A DNA stretch of 63,915 nt, filler included, from Vannella sp. (lineage: Eukaryota): NCBI GenBank assembly GCA_023345925.1. It is 6 parts of 6 records of this genome, joined end to end, with 100 filler letters (N's around TTAATTAATTAA, not from the genome) between each part and the next. Parts side by side here need not be neighbours in the genome. Positions count along the whole stretch, not along the records: positions 23,019 to 31,258 come from JAJQQN010000046.1; positions 31,359 to 37,575 come from JAJQQN010000693.1; 4 more parts are not named here. One strand, written 5' to 3'. How positions within the stretch are numbered: the first letter of the stretch is position 1; every line of letters begins with the position of its first letter. The translations under genes were made by a program, and so were the position numbers. This document shows, one piece after another, positions 26,199 through 37,675 of the stretch. Under the pieces are notes generated by a model that had not been told where the DNA came from, ran no database searches, and saw only the letters and a program-made list of their open reading frames with translations.

Positions 26199-27331
26199 AT
26201 GGCGCCCCCATTCGCATTCGTCCTTTTGGTTTGTCTGGTGGCTTTGGCAGAAGCGAGCCAGAAGCAGGGAGGTGTGAGTCGCGTGATCTACGGAACGGAT
26301 GATCGTTTGGACTGGGTGAGTGAGTAGGGAGAGCCTGGCAAGTGTTCTAACGAAGGTGAAAGTACGAGTTGAGCGACTCGGACAAGGAGTTGGGCGATGG
26401 GACTGTCCTCTTGCTAGAAGGAATTGACCTACAAGAGAACAAGGATGGAACCTTCACTGCAACATCCACGAACACAGCGGAAGAGTACTGGGGCCTTTGT
26501 CCTTCTGAGAAGTTCTCCGAACAGCCTGTTATTGCTGCCAACTTGTTCTGCTCTGGCTTCCTCTTGTCTACCAACCCCCCTTGGATTGGTACAGCTGCTC
26601 ACTGCATCAAAGGAGACCTCTCTGACCGCGTGGTGGTGTTTGGCTTCCAACTGGTCTCCAAGAACAACACGCGCCTGGTCTTCGAGGCTAACGACGTCTA
26701 CAAAGTGAAGCGCGTGATTGCATCAGGACAAGCCACCGGGGGAGTGGGTGACTTTGGCGTTGTAGAGCTCGACCGCCGCGTGAATGGACATTCCGCTTAC
26801 AAGACCGTGAACAACGACCTCAAGCTTGGGGACAAGCTCACGCTGATTGGACACCCGATAGGCCTTCCTAAGAAGACTGACTCTGGTGCCTCTGTACAAG
26901 CCATCTCCGAAGGATTGATTCGCGCCAACACAGACTCGTATGGAGGCAGCTCTGGAGCTCCTGTCTTCGACTCGAAGGGTCACCTGGCTGCCATCCTGGT
27001 GGGAGGAGCTCGAGATTTCGTGTCGAATGGGGACTGCCTGGTGTCCAATGTGTGCCCAGGAGGCACCGATTGTGACAGACTCGGAGAGAAACTCATCCCC
27101 ATCTGCGCCATCATGACCAACAAGGCAGTCTCTGATGAGCTTGACTTTAAGTGCTCCGGACCTGGACCAGCTCCTGCTGGTAACCCGGAGGAGTCCAGTG
27201 CCATAAGCTCCTCCGTGTCTGCTTTGGGGACTCTCTCAGAGGACCTAGTAGGTGATAACGATAACAACCAGAACTACTCTCCCATTCTCGTCCCTGCTAT
27301 CTTAGCAATCACTGCAGCAGCTCTATTCTAG
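26199..27331 (+). CDS. secreted or membrane-anchored trypsin-like serine protease (bacterial-type), 2 exons
   Basis: Signal peptide, RVIYGTDDRLDW|YE (intron 26316-26362), CSGFL, TAAHC, DFGVVELDR, GHPIGLPKK, DSYGGSSGAPV catalytic motifs, hydrophobic C-terminus. Confidence 0.9.
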
Positions 27332-27607
27332 TCACTATTCTGAAAGTAAAGACATTCTGCAAGTCCCATTCTGCACTGATTTGGGCACACTCGTCACTTA
27401 AAGAATCGACCTGGACTTCCTTTGTATCCTTCAAGCCCATTCCGGGTCTAATCGATGTCAGAAGGAAAGAGTCTTGTTGTCTATCCTGTTCCAAGTCAGT
27501 CTCTTCCCACTCCATTGGCACCGGAAGAGTGCTATTTGAGCAAAGCGTCGGCTTATATTAGTTCAAAGGTGATTGATTGGTCGAAGAGGGGGCAACTGGA
27601 TCAGTAT

Positions 27608-28783
27608 TCACCTTGCTGACTTCATCTTGCAAGGGAAGATCTGGAGAAAAGCTTGTTTGAATGTTGGGGTTAAGGGATGGAGAGTTGGGGAGGAGAGCGA
27701 AGAATCAGACAAGCCTAATTCACCTTGCATGTTGCTGCCAAACACAAAAAGTTGTCCACTTTTGGTGACGACCATAGAGTAGAGTGACCCAGCTTCCACT
27801 TCAATCACATCCTCCAAACCCTCCACTTTACGGGGCCCTGCAGGGTCAACATCTTCCACTGTTGGCGCACCAAACATGCCAAAACAGCCAGGCCCTCTGG
27901 CTGGAGTAGTATCTTCGTATCCAAGCTGACCATAAGACCCGGCACCCCAGCTGTAAACACTTCCGTCCTGGCAGAGAGCAAGGATATGCTTACGACCTGC
28001 GCTGACTGTGAGGAAAGGAGGCAGATGACTGGTTTGGTTCTCAAACTGAGCATCCTCCCTCATGGGAATATGCCCTGGCGCTTGAGCATTAATAGAGCTT
28101 TCACTGAGTGACCACACTGTACCACAGCTATCCACAACCACCAGGAAGTTTTCTCCGGCTGCAAGAGATCGGATTGGACCATCACTCAAGCCAGTACGAG
28201 GGATTTCCTTGACCTCCAGACCATCAAAGTCGCCTCTCCGCCCAATGGAGTCTCCGTCTGGATCAGTAACGATCCACAGACCACCGCAGGTATCTTCCAC
28301 AAAGATGTGATACGAAGAGCAAGCAAACTGGCGAACCGTTGGAAGCCCAGCAACTTTCTTCAAGCTGATTGAAACGTTGATCGACAGGATAGAGGGCTCT
28401 GGATTCTCCTTTTGCAGTACTCTGTCTCCCCAGAGTCCTCCGTTCTCGCAAAGACCAGCAAAGAAGTATTCGCCGCCATGAACGGCTCCCAACCGTGGGG
28501 CTCCACTCAATTGGGTGAAATTCCAGAATCTGCGAGCTCCTTCCGTTGTAGGTAGGATACCAGAACCCCAAATCCTTCCCTGGTCATCCAGAAGAATCGT
28601 AAACTCGGCGCCACATGCTGCAGAGGTGATCTTACAGCCAGAAGGAAGTCTCTCCACTCGAACAGGCTCTTCCCTTTCCGCCAGATCTCCAACACCAAGC
28701 TGTCCACTACCATTCCTTCCCATCGCAAACACCCCACTTCCAGTGTCAACAAACGACGAAAACGAACAAGAAGAAGGAAACAT
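27608..28783 (-). CDS. RCC1-repeat beta-propeller protein, intronless
   Basis: GRNGSGQLGVGD, AACGAEFTILL, SAGRKHILAL..DGSVYSWGAGSYGQLG, VFGSNMQGELG. Confidence 0.9.
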   Translation of the reverse strand: MFPSSCSFSSFVDTGSGVFAMGRNGSGQLGVGDLAEREEPVRVERLPSGCKITSAACGAEFTILLDDQGRIWGSGILPTTEGARRFWNFTQLSGAPRLGAVHGGEYFFAGLCENGGLWGDRVLQKENPEPSILSINVSISLKKVAGLPTVRQFACSSYHIFVEDTCGGLWIVTDPDGDSIGRRGDFDGLEVKEIPRTGLSDGPIRSLAAGENFLVVVDSCGTVWSLSESSINAQAPGHIPMREDAQFENQTSHLPPFLTVSAGRKHILALCQDGSVYSWGAGSYGQLGYEDTTPARGPGCFGMFGAPTVEDVDPAGPRKVEGLEDVIEVEAGSLYSMVVTKSGQLFVFGSNMQGELGLSDSSLSSPTLHPLTPTFKQAFLQIFPCKMKSAR

Positions 28784-28830
28784 CCTCCGGGCCCGCCGCC
28801 AACAAAAAATGACGCAATAATGATGTAATT

Positions 28831-29784
28831 ATGATTTGCCTTCGTTTTCAGCAGGAAGGATGTGAAGGAGGAAGGATAAGTTTGGGAAAGTCATTTGATG
28901 GATGGGGAGGAAGGTGGCTTCCGCCGCTTTACTTGGTGGGTGGGCTGGCGTACGGTTATGTATCGTGAGTGTGGCGGGGATTAGAGGTTGTGGTATTGAA
29001 AGGGAGAAGGTTCTTGGTTGTCTTCTGCTGGGGAAAGCTGCTGCCTCTTGAACATGAGCGTGCCTTTGCTTGGAGAGTGTTTCTCACTGCTCATGCCATC
29101 TTCTTCCTCTTTCTTTGGTCCTGGATGCGAGCTATCTTCTCTGACCCTGGCTTTATCTACCCATTGCAATCTCTTGCTGTGGAGTCTGATGAAGGTGGAG
29201 GGACATGTCGGAAGTGTGAACCTCCCCTCTCTCGTCCTCTTCGTGCTCGGCACTGTTCACGTTGTCAGCGTTGTGTAGCAAGGTTTGATCACCACTGTCC
29301 ATTCATTAACAATTGTGTTGGTCTCATGAACCACAAGTTCTTCCTCCTCTCCCTATTCTACATCACTTTACTCCTCTTCTTTGGCGTGGGCTGTATTCAC
29401 AAGCTTGAGCAAGCGTACCCACCAACTGCTTCCTCTTGGGTATGTACGATCTGAAGGTCAAAACGGCCAGACTGACGAGAAGTACAGCGAGAAAGGAACA
29501 TTCTTGATCTTGTCCTGCTCGTCGACCAAGCGATCGCCGCTTTCTGCGGTCTATTCTTCGGAAGCTTCCTCATATACGAGTTAGCACTCCTCAGCAAGAA
29601 CATCGTCCCACTGGATCTAGCGATCGATGATCCTTTCGACCCAAAGCACGATCGAGGCGTCTTCCGCAACTTTCAGCTAGTTCTGGGAACGTCCCCACTT
29701 CTCTGGCTCCTTCCCATCCAAACTCTGACACTCTCACACAAACCTGAATCCTCTCAAACAGCCCTCCAGAAGAAGACTGTTTGA
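28831..29784 (+). CDS. DHHC palmitoyltransferase, 3 exons
   Basis: CRKC...RPLRARHCSRCQRCVARFDHHCPFINNCVGLMNHKFF. The C-terminal exon has DRGVFRNFQLVLG..PLLWLLP. Start inferred by splicing. Confidence 0.88.
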
Positions 29785-29902
29785 ACCAATCAGCGCTGGG
29801 CAACCCGCTCCTTATTAAGAAAAAAGGTGAATTGTTGTTATTTCCCTCAATTCATCAAAACCTTATTTTATGTGCAAAAGCTCATTTTCTGTTGGCGCTG
29901 GG

Positions 29903-31232
29903 ATGGAGGCGGAGGAGTCTTACCGCTTGAAGAAGGTTCAGGTGCTTGGGAAGACGATTCCCTTGATTATGCAGAACATCAATGGTCCTTGCCCTCTTCT
30001 GGGCATCTGCAACGTGCTGCTGCTGAGGGGGAACATACGAATCCATCCTGACTTTAGTATGGTCGATTATGGCAAGCTCGTAGGCTTACTTGGAGACTGT
30101 CTTCTCAGTCAGGAGAAGCCAATAGATGTTGAGACCTTAGAGAACTACAATCAGAGCGTGGCTGATGCGGTAGCTCTCTTTCCCACTCTCCAGTTTGGCT
30201 TGGATGTCAACGTTCGCTTCCGCAGGTGGGTAATGAGCTCTCTCTTGGGTTACAGAGAGACTCACACTTGTTGTCTAGGATCACTGACTTTGAGTTCACG
30301 TTGCAACTCTGTGTATTCGATCTATTCAACATCCGCCTTGTTCATGGCTGGCTTGTTGACCCAGAAGATGCCCCAGCCTCTCATTCCATTGGAGAGCTAT
30401 CATATAACGAAGCAGTAGAGAGGCTCGTCTACTTGGCCGAAGCTGAGTCCTCCAATGAGATGAGCGATGCCGATTTGACCAAGGGTGAGGATTTGTGATC
30501 CCTTGAAGAGCCAAACCGACTCACAGAGACATCAGAAAGAGAGATTTCTCGATTCCTCACTGAAAGCGCGAGTCAATTGACTCCAGCAGGGCTGGAGAAA
30601 CTCAAAACAGACATTGGAGAAGGAGAATATTGTGTTTTCTTCCGGAATAATCATTTCTCGGTCCTACACAAGCACGAAGGGCTGCTCTATTTGCTGGTCA
30701 CTGATCAAGGCTATCTGTACCAGCAAAAGATTGTTTGGGAGCTTCTTGACTCTGTGGACGGAGACTCTCTTTTCTATGGAACTGATTTTCAGATGTTTAC
30801 TCCTGCTGACTCTACTCCAGAAGGAATTGTGGACCTGACAGATTCTACAGCCGACCAAGAGCTTGCAGCGCAGTTGCAGCAAGAAGAAAGGGCCCTCGAG
30901 GAGGCAGCAAAAGCTAACAGAGAAGCGGGCCAACTCAAGTGAGATATCATTATGCTACTCGAAATAGCCTAACATAGTACCTCAGGGCAGATCATGATTT
31001 TGCAATGCAAATGCAGCAGGAGATTGACCAAGGAAGAGAGCCTTCGGCTGTGGCTCAAGAAATCTACACTCCACCAAACTTCCCGATTCCGGACACCCCT
31101 GTCAGTTCTCTACCTTCTGGACAACTTGAAAACCTGATTCGCCAACAAAATGGTCCTGTCACTCCTGAGCAAGTTGAGCAACTGAACCAAATGCTTCCTC
31201 CCAACGGAAGCCAGGAATGCACCCTAATGTAG
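29903..31232 (+). CDS. MINDY1: MINDY-1/2 family deubiquitinase (FAM63/Miy1) with C-terminal CaaX
   Basis: MQNINGPCPLLGICNVLLL, GLDVNVRF, LVHGWLVDP, VFFRNNHFS, LLVTDQGY, MIU-like DQELAAQLQQEE, ends CTLM. Confidence 0.92.
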
Positions 31233-31258
31233 ACAAATCGCAAATAGACTAATTTCAC

Positions 31259-31358
31259 NNNNNNNNNNNNNNNNNNNNNNNNNNNNNNNNNNNNNNNNNN
31301 NNTTAATTAATTAANNNNNNNNNNNNNNNNNNNNNNNNNNNNNNNNNNNNNNNNNNNN
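31259..31358. other. artificial contig linker
   Basis: N44-TTAATTAATTAA-N44. Confidence 0.98.
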
Positions 31359-31359
31359 A

Positions 31360-31872
<513 letters not shown>

Positions 31873-32264
31873 TCCCTTTTCTCACCATTCCAATGTTGTT
31901 GTGATCAGATAAACGGTTCTTTACCAAGACCTGGCTCTCCTAAGGAAGGGAAGAAGAGCTTTTGGGAAGCAAACAATCAAAATGGGAAGCGAAACCCTCC
32001 CCAACTTCATCTTTGGATCTGGTCAGGTTGAATGATGACGTGCCAACTCTGTCAACGCTTAGTTACGAACTACGACTCAGTGGACTTGTCATCACCGCCC
32101 AATAAGTCATTAAGGAAGTGATTGAGGTCAACCCTTTTGAGCCCTCCCATCTGACCAACAAGTTGTGGTGACCTTCCCATGGACAACTCCAGCTAGTGGC
32201 TTCCGGTTTCTGCGTTCCAGACATGATTGCAGGAGGATTGGAGGCTTCTCCTCTCATTCTGAGG

Positions 32265-32923
32265 ATGCTGAAAGGGGTCAGACTTGTTCTCCTTCTTGTG
32301 GTCGGAGTGATGGCTCAATTGGCATGTATTCGTGAGTGCCTGGGTGAGGGGATGAAAGGAGAGTGACATTGGATCGAACTAGCGTGCCAGGCCAGCGTGG
32401 AAGTGGCGTACAAGGTGGTGAATGCGACAGACTCGCCTGTTTTGAAGCGTGTGGAGGATCTCTGCTACAAGGCAGCCCCAATCTACTTCCATCTTGTACG
32501 TGCACTTCACTTGTCTCAGATGGAGGCTCTAAGCGTGTGCTAGTGCCTCCACGTGGTGAATGTGAGCTACCACGAGATCATTGGCGCTCTAGAAGAGCGC
32601 ATCTCCCCTCTTCAAGTATGCCAGAAGATTGGACTATGTAGGCCTACCGAAGGGGATGTCGTTACATCCGAGACCTATCAGCTGTTCGTTCAACCGATCA
32701 TTTGCAACCTTGTTCGGCTCTTCAGCGGCTCTGGAGCTGATGAATCTTCCTTTCTGCAAGCTTGCCGTCCCAAGTACTCTGCATTGGTGGTAAGATACAC
32801 CTTGTAAGTCTCTCCCAGCTCCTCTGACCAGTAACTTAGTGTGAGGAGTTCTTGAGAGCCACAAGTAGGCTTGATCCAGAGCTTAGTGAGACCCAATGCT
32901 CAAGTATAGGGTATCTAAACTAG
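32265..32923 (+). CDS. secreted saposin-like protein (SAPLIP, amoebapore-type fold), 4 exons
   Basis: Spliced product: signal peptide + CIPCQASVEVAYKVV...EDLCYKAAPIYFHLCLHVVNVSYHEIIGALEERISPLQVCQKIGLC, the six-Cys saposin-B pattern, followed by a degenerate second unit. Confidence 0.8.
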
Positions 32924-33058
32924 CTATAAAGAGAACTGCGTACTACCAAGCATCACCTTACTACTCTCTCTTGAGATAAGGGAGAACCTGAGGTGCATTC
33001 CCTTTGATTTCGTTCCTCTGACACGTGGAAGAGCTATTGTGGTAGTCAGCTAATCACT

Positions 33059-33729
33059 CTACTTGTATTGTTGAATGAACTGCTCAATGCGCTGGACATT
33101 GTCCAGCATCTGCTCGTGGGTGTCACTTTGAAGCTCCCAAACGATCTCTTCGCGGTAGCTGTCCTTTGCCTCCTCCAAGAGCACTTGCATGATCTCGCAC
33201 TCGACGTTCTCTGTGATCTTCTTGTCACTGTACCCTCTTCCATGGCCCCACCGCGTCAATCATCGATCCAGCAACCTTCTGAACCACCCAGTGGCCCACA
33301 CACACCTCTTCTGAAGTCGATCGTACAGGATAGTGTTATCTGTACGTAGAACAACAACCAGATCGAACCAGCGCTCTGGGAACAGCTCTGAGCCGTGGTA
33401 ATCCACAACGACACCCTTCGCCTGCATCAAAGGCTCGAGTTCGTCGCAGACCTTGTCCTCATCGATGACGTAGCTATCGAACTCTTCATCATACTCCACA
33501 TAGAGCCCTTCGTTCTTCACCTTTTGGCTCAACTCGATGTGAACAAGGCCTTTCCCCTTCCATCAGCCTCCCCCAGCTCACTCTCCGCCCCCACTCACCA
33601 GTGTTCGTCGCCACAGTCTCTGCAATCGTAGTCTTCCCCGTCCCTTCTCCCCAGTAAGCGCCATCCCCCACGAGCGAAGCCTCCCTTCTCACCAGGAGTG
33701 CCAGTGATGAGCACGTTGGGCCTGCTCAT
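33059..33729 (-). CDS. AK6: adenylate kinase 6 (Fap7/CINAP), multi-exon
   Basis: MSRPNVLITGTPG|TGKTT, DEDKVCDELE, VVDYHGSELFPERWFDLVVVLR, RGYSDKKITENVECEIMQV. Confidence 0.95.
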
Positions 33730-34262
33730 CCCCAATCGCTCCAACAAACTGGTTGAAGTAGAAAGGAAGCAGCCATGGGACAGAAGCAGGCATAGAACAC
33801 CTCTCCTTCCTCTCGACCGCCTTCTAAGGGAGGTTGCGGTCGCGTGTGGTAGCGAGAGAGCACTTCAGTGAGTGTGAGTCATCAAAAGGACAAGATAGTA
33901 TCATAGGAATCACCTACATCCACAGAAGCGCAGGGGAGAAGACAAAAGGACATCCAAGAATGACTAAAGGAACCTATTCGAGCGAAGCCAGTGGTCCTTA
34001 TCACATCAAGGCACCAGATTCTCTGAGGAACTACCCAACTGGGGATTTCGGAGGAGTCTATGCGTTGCACCTTCTCTCCTTTCAACGCAAAAGCGCCTTC
34101 AAACGGACCAATCATATCAAAAGGTCGGGGTTCCTTCTGTTTGAGGTTTATTGATGAGTGATGAGGCGAATTGGTCGTCTTGGAGGAGCTGAGAGCGGAT
34201 GTAGATGTATGTATGAGAGACTCAAGCGATTAGGAAGGTAGTTTATCTGTCCCCCATCGAGA

Positions 34263-36740
34263 TTAGCGGGTGGTCTGGAGAGAGTGGAGGGAAAACTTAC
34301 CGATAAATGCAGCTCTGCGGTATGCTCTGCATCTGAAGAAGACTTCCATCACCACTACACAAAGAGCTATCACTAGGAAGGCTATTCCCACCATTCCCAT
34401 GGATATCCACGCAAGATTGTCTTTTTGGTCGTCGTCAGAGTTGCAAGGGTTTGTTCGCTCACTCCCTGCGTTGAGAAGAGTTGGGGATCGCCCTACGTCG
34501 AGAAGAGAGTATTCTGAGAGATGAGATGTTTGGCCGCAGAGAGAGAATTGATGACGAGCCAGTGAGATATTCAAGCTATTGCCATCAGTGAGGCAAATAG
34601 CTTCGCATGTCCATGTTCTCGTGCGCTCGTCGAAATAGCCCAAGCAAAGATTATCTTCCTTCGAGAAGTTGGCAAAGGGGGTTAAACAGATGGTCAGGGG
34701 CGAGTCCAATTGGGTGATGGAGTTGCCTTGGTCGTCCAAAAGTGTGATGTTTAGGACAGTGCTGACCAACACTTGCGGGTTCGAGGAGTTCGTGAAGATA
34801 GTGCCGGTGTACTCAGTAATCAAAGTAGTGTTGGTTTGGTTGCTCAAGTTGGGAGGGACAAAGAGTGCTCCTACTGATCCCTCTCCAGGAATGCCGGATA
34901 GCTCCATCAGGGTCCCGTTGGAGGTGAGATTGGAGGGAGAGATAATGGTAACCATTAAGGTAAGACTAGCAGAAGGAGAAGAAGTTGCAGATGAGCTGAT
35001 CGATGGAGACTTGCTCTCGAGATTGCGTTGCGTTTCGCTTGGGGTTTCAGAAGGCGATTCCTCCAGTTCAAAAGTCGTTTCGCTTTGACTGGCACTTGAA
35101 GAGGGAATCACTGAACTTGTGAGGCTCGGGCTGAAAGAAGGAGAGCTTGATCCGCTCTCTGTGTCACTTGAAGAGGGCGTTGTGGAAGCAGAAGGACTTT
35201 CACTGAGAGAAAGAGAATCCGATACACTGTCACTGGGAGAGAGTGTGGGAGAAGAAGAGATACTAGTATCAAGAGAAGGTGTTTCACTGCCACTCAAAGA
35301 ATCTGTCAAGCCATCAGTGGGAGAAGCAGACGGAGAGGATGATGCGGCAGAAACGCAGACTCCGGAGGTGGAATCGCACGCTGCTCCGCTTCCGCTGAAT
35401 CGAGACGGAACGGAAATACAGTTGAAAACTTGATGGGCGAGAAGGATAGGATAAGTGGTGGAACAGGATTCTGGCAATTCCCCACAAAACTGATTGGTTC
35501 CTCCGAGATTGGCAAGAGAGAGCGATCCAGATCCACTCTGGCATGGAACTGATCCACTGATTAGGTTGTTGAACAAGTTCCTGCCAACAAATCAATGAGT
35601 ATTCCCTCGTATTTGTGGGTTTCGTGCCCCAAAGCAGAAGAAGAAGAGGTCTCCTTCTCCATCTGATAGAGAGGTGAGTTAGAGCACTCACATTTCAGAC
35701 AGGTCATTCATATTGGGCCATTCTGGAAGCGTTCCGGTGATCTGGTTGTTGCCCAAGTACCTGTTACCAATGAATGAGTGATTTCCGTTTGAAGTGGTCA
35801 TAAAGTGGTCTTCTCTCTCGAGGAAGATCAGATAAACACTCACATCTTATCCAGGCTCAGATTTGCCCACTCTGGAAGAGTTCCATTGATCTGGTTCTCT
35901 TCAACAGACCTACACATCTTCGATGAGTGATATGTGCTGCTTTTGTGACCCTGCAGTCCACATGAGACTGCATTGTCCGTTCCCATTCGAGAAGAAGACG
36001 ACTGAAAGGACTCACATGATGCGCAGGCCCCTCAGATTGGGCCATTCTGGAAGATTTCCAATGATCTCGTTGTTATCCAAGTACCTGCAACCAATTGATG
36101 AGAGGGTTCCTTGTCTCAAGTGGAAGTGGCCCATACTGAAGGAGACTCCTTCCCCAATTAGAAGAGGAGTGGAAGTACTCACATTTCATTCAGGCTCGTC
36201 ATATTGCGCCATTCTGGGAGCGTTGCCTGAAGATTGCAGTGTTGACATTCCCTACAAGCTATTGATGAGTACGATTTCTTGTTCGCGGCACTCATCACCG
36301 AACGGGGAGGATCTTGAGGCCATGTGATCACGAAAAGCACTCACATTCGAGCCAGATTGCTCAGATGGGGCCATTCTGGAAGAGATCCAATGAAGCGGTT
36401 GAAAGACAAGGACCTGCCAGCAATCAATGAGTGTCCTTCCTTCAGGGAGCGAACGCTTCACTCACAAGGAAGTGAGGAATGGAAGGTTCAGATCCGGAAG
36501 TGAACCAATCAAGCTGTTGTTGTTGAGGTTCAAGCTAGTTACGGCTGCATGGGAGGAATCACAAGCCACACCGAACCAGAGAGCATCGCAAGGGTCCGTG
36601 GAAGTGTCCCACTTGTTGGTCCACGAAGAGCCCCCTGCAGCATCGTAAAGGGAAACAAGAGAGTTCTTTTGGGACTCTGAAAGGGAGCAAGAGACGGCAA
36701 CGAAAAGGACAAAGAGGAGAAGCGGTTTCTTGCTTCCCAT
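34263..36740 (-). CDS. LRR receptor-like protein: signal peptide, LRRNT, exon-coded LRRs, Ser/Thr stalk, GPS/GAIN-like motif, single TM (7 exons)
   Basis: Exons 36466-36740, 36345-36413, 36183-36251, 36016-36084, 35844-35909, 35692-35760 and 34263-35580 splice in frame. LRRNT LYDAAGGSSW..W...DPC..WFGVAC. Repeats like YLxNNQIxGxLPEWPNL. CGQTSHLSEYSLL precedes the TM. Confidence 0.88.
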
Positions 36741-36876
36741 CAGAGGCTAACCGAAGATGATTGGTAGATTGGTTTCATAATAATGATTTGCCCTTTTCGA
36801 CGTGAAGAGTCTTTCCAGCTTTTTTGAAGGTTTTCTTTATGCATCCTCATTGGATGGGAGGAGAGTTCCTCTTGTC

Positions 36877-37320
36877 ATGCGCGACCGCCTTCCAGTGAGT
36901 GTTGTGCTCGCCCCTAAACTCGGGTTTTCATTGGGTAAATTGATGTTGCAGAAGCTTTGCGACCAAAAGCTCCTTCCCGCTCTTGATTAAGCCGCACTCG
37001 GACGCTTTAGTCTGCATTGAGGAAACGGCTTCCCAACTATAGACCGTGAAGCTGACGCTTTCGATGCTGAGAAGGAGAAGAACGATAGACTGTACGAGGC
37101 CCTTGTCCGCAAGATGATCAATGTGAGATGAATTTGGTTGAAAAAGGATTACTCTGACGGTCTAGTCAGGATGGATCGCATGGAATTAGCAGCAAGTTGG
37201 ACAAACTGACCTAGGTTGAGGTCAAGAAGGTCGGTGGTCGCAACGATCCTTGCTCATGAGGAAGTGCCAAGAAGTTCAAGAAGCTCAAAAGCAAATCTCC
37301 GAAACCCGAGAAGCGATCAA
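36877..37320 (+). pseudogene. stop-interrupted reading frame containing a SEC-C-like motif
   Basis: One spliced frame reads ...LLPALD*AALGRFSLH*GNGF...KMIN|DGSHGISSKLDKLT*VEVKKVGGRNDPCS*GSAKKFKK. Confidence 0.5.
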
Positions 37321-37575
37321 AGCTCGCGACGAGGAAGAGAAGAAGAAGACCGAAGAGGTTCAGAAGCTGGCTTCCGATCTCTTCTAAAATGTCAGAGGTC
37401 CGAGGGCTCTTCCCGGAAGAAGGGAAGAAGGCTCCGATAAAATGTCTCGATCAAAAACTTCCGACACAAGATGATGAGGCTTCCTCCCCACTCCTCCTGT
37501 TTCAGGAAGGATTGTGACTTTTTGGGCATGCTGCGGGTCATGGCAAACACCACCACCACATCTTCCTCAAGAATT

Positions 37576-37675
37576 NNNNNNNNNNNNNNNNNNNNNNNNN
37601 NNNNNNNNNNNNNNNNNNNTTAATTAATTAANNNNNNNNNNNNNNNNNNNNNNNNNNNNNNNNNNNNNNNNNNNN
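37576..37675. other. artificial contig linker
   Basis: N44-TTAATTAATTAA-N44. Confidence 0.98.

Noticed and set aside
32033..32155. C/D-box snoRNA-like ATGATGA...CTGA
   Set aside because: No terminal stem or recognisable rRNA guide, and such short motifs occur by chance.
35581..36465. Regularly spaced repeats (ccattctggaag...) with unique spacers resembling a CRISPR array
   Set aside because: The repeats are degenerate coding LRR exons bounded by GT-AG introns, the genome is eukaryotic, and no cas genes are present.
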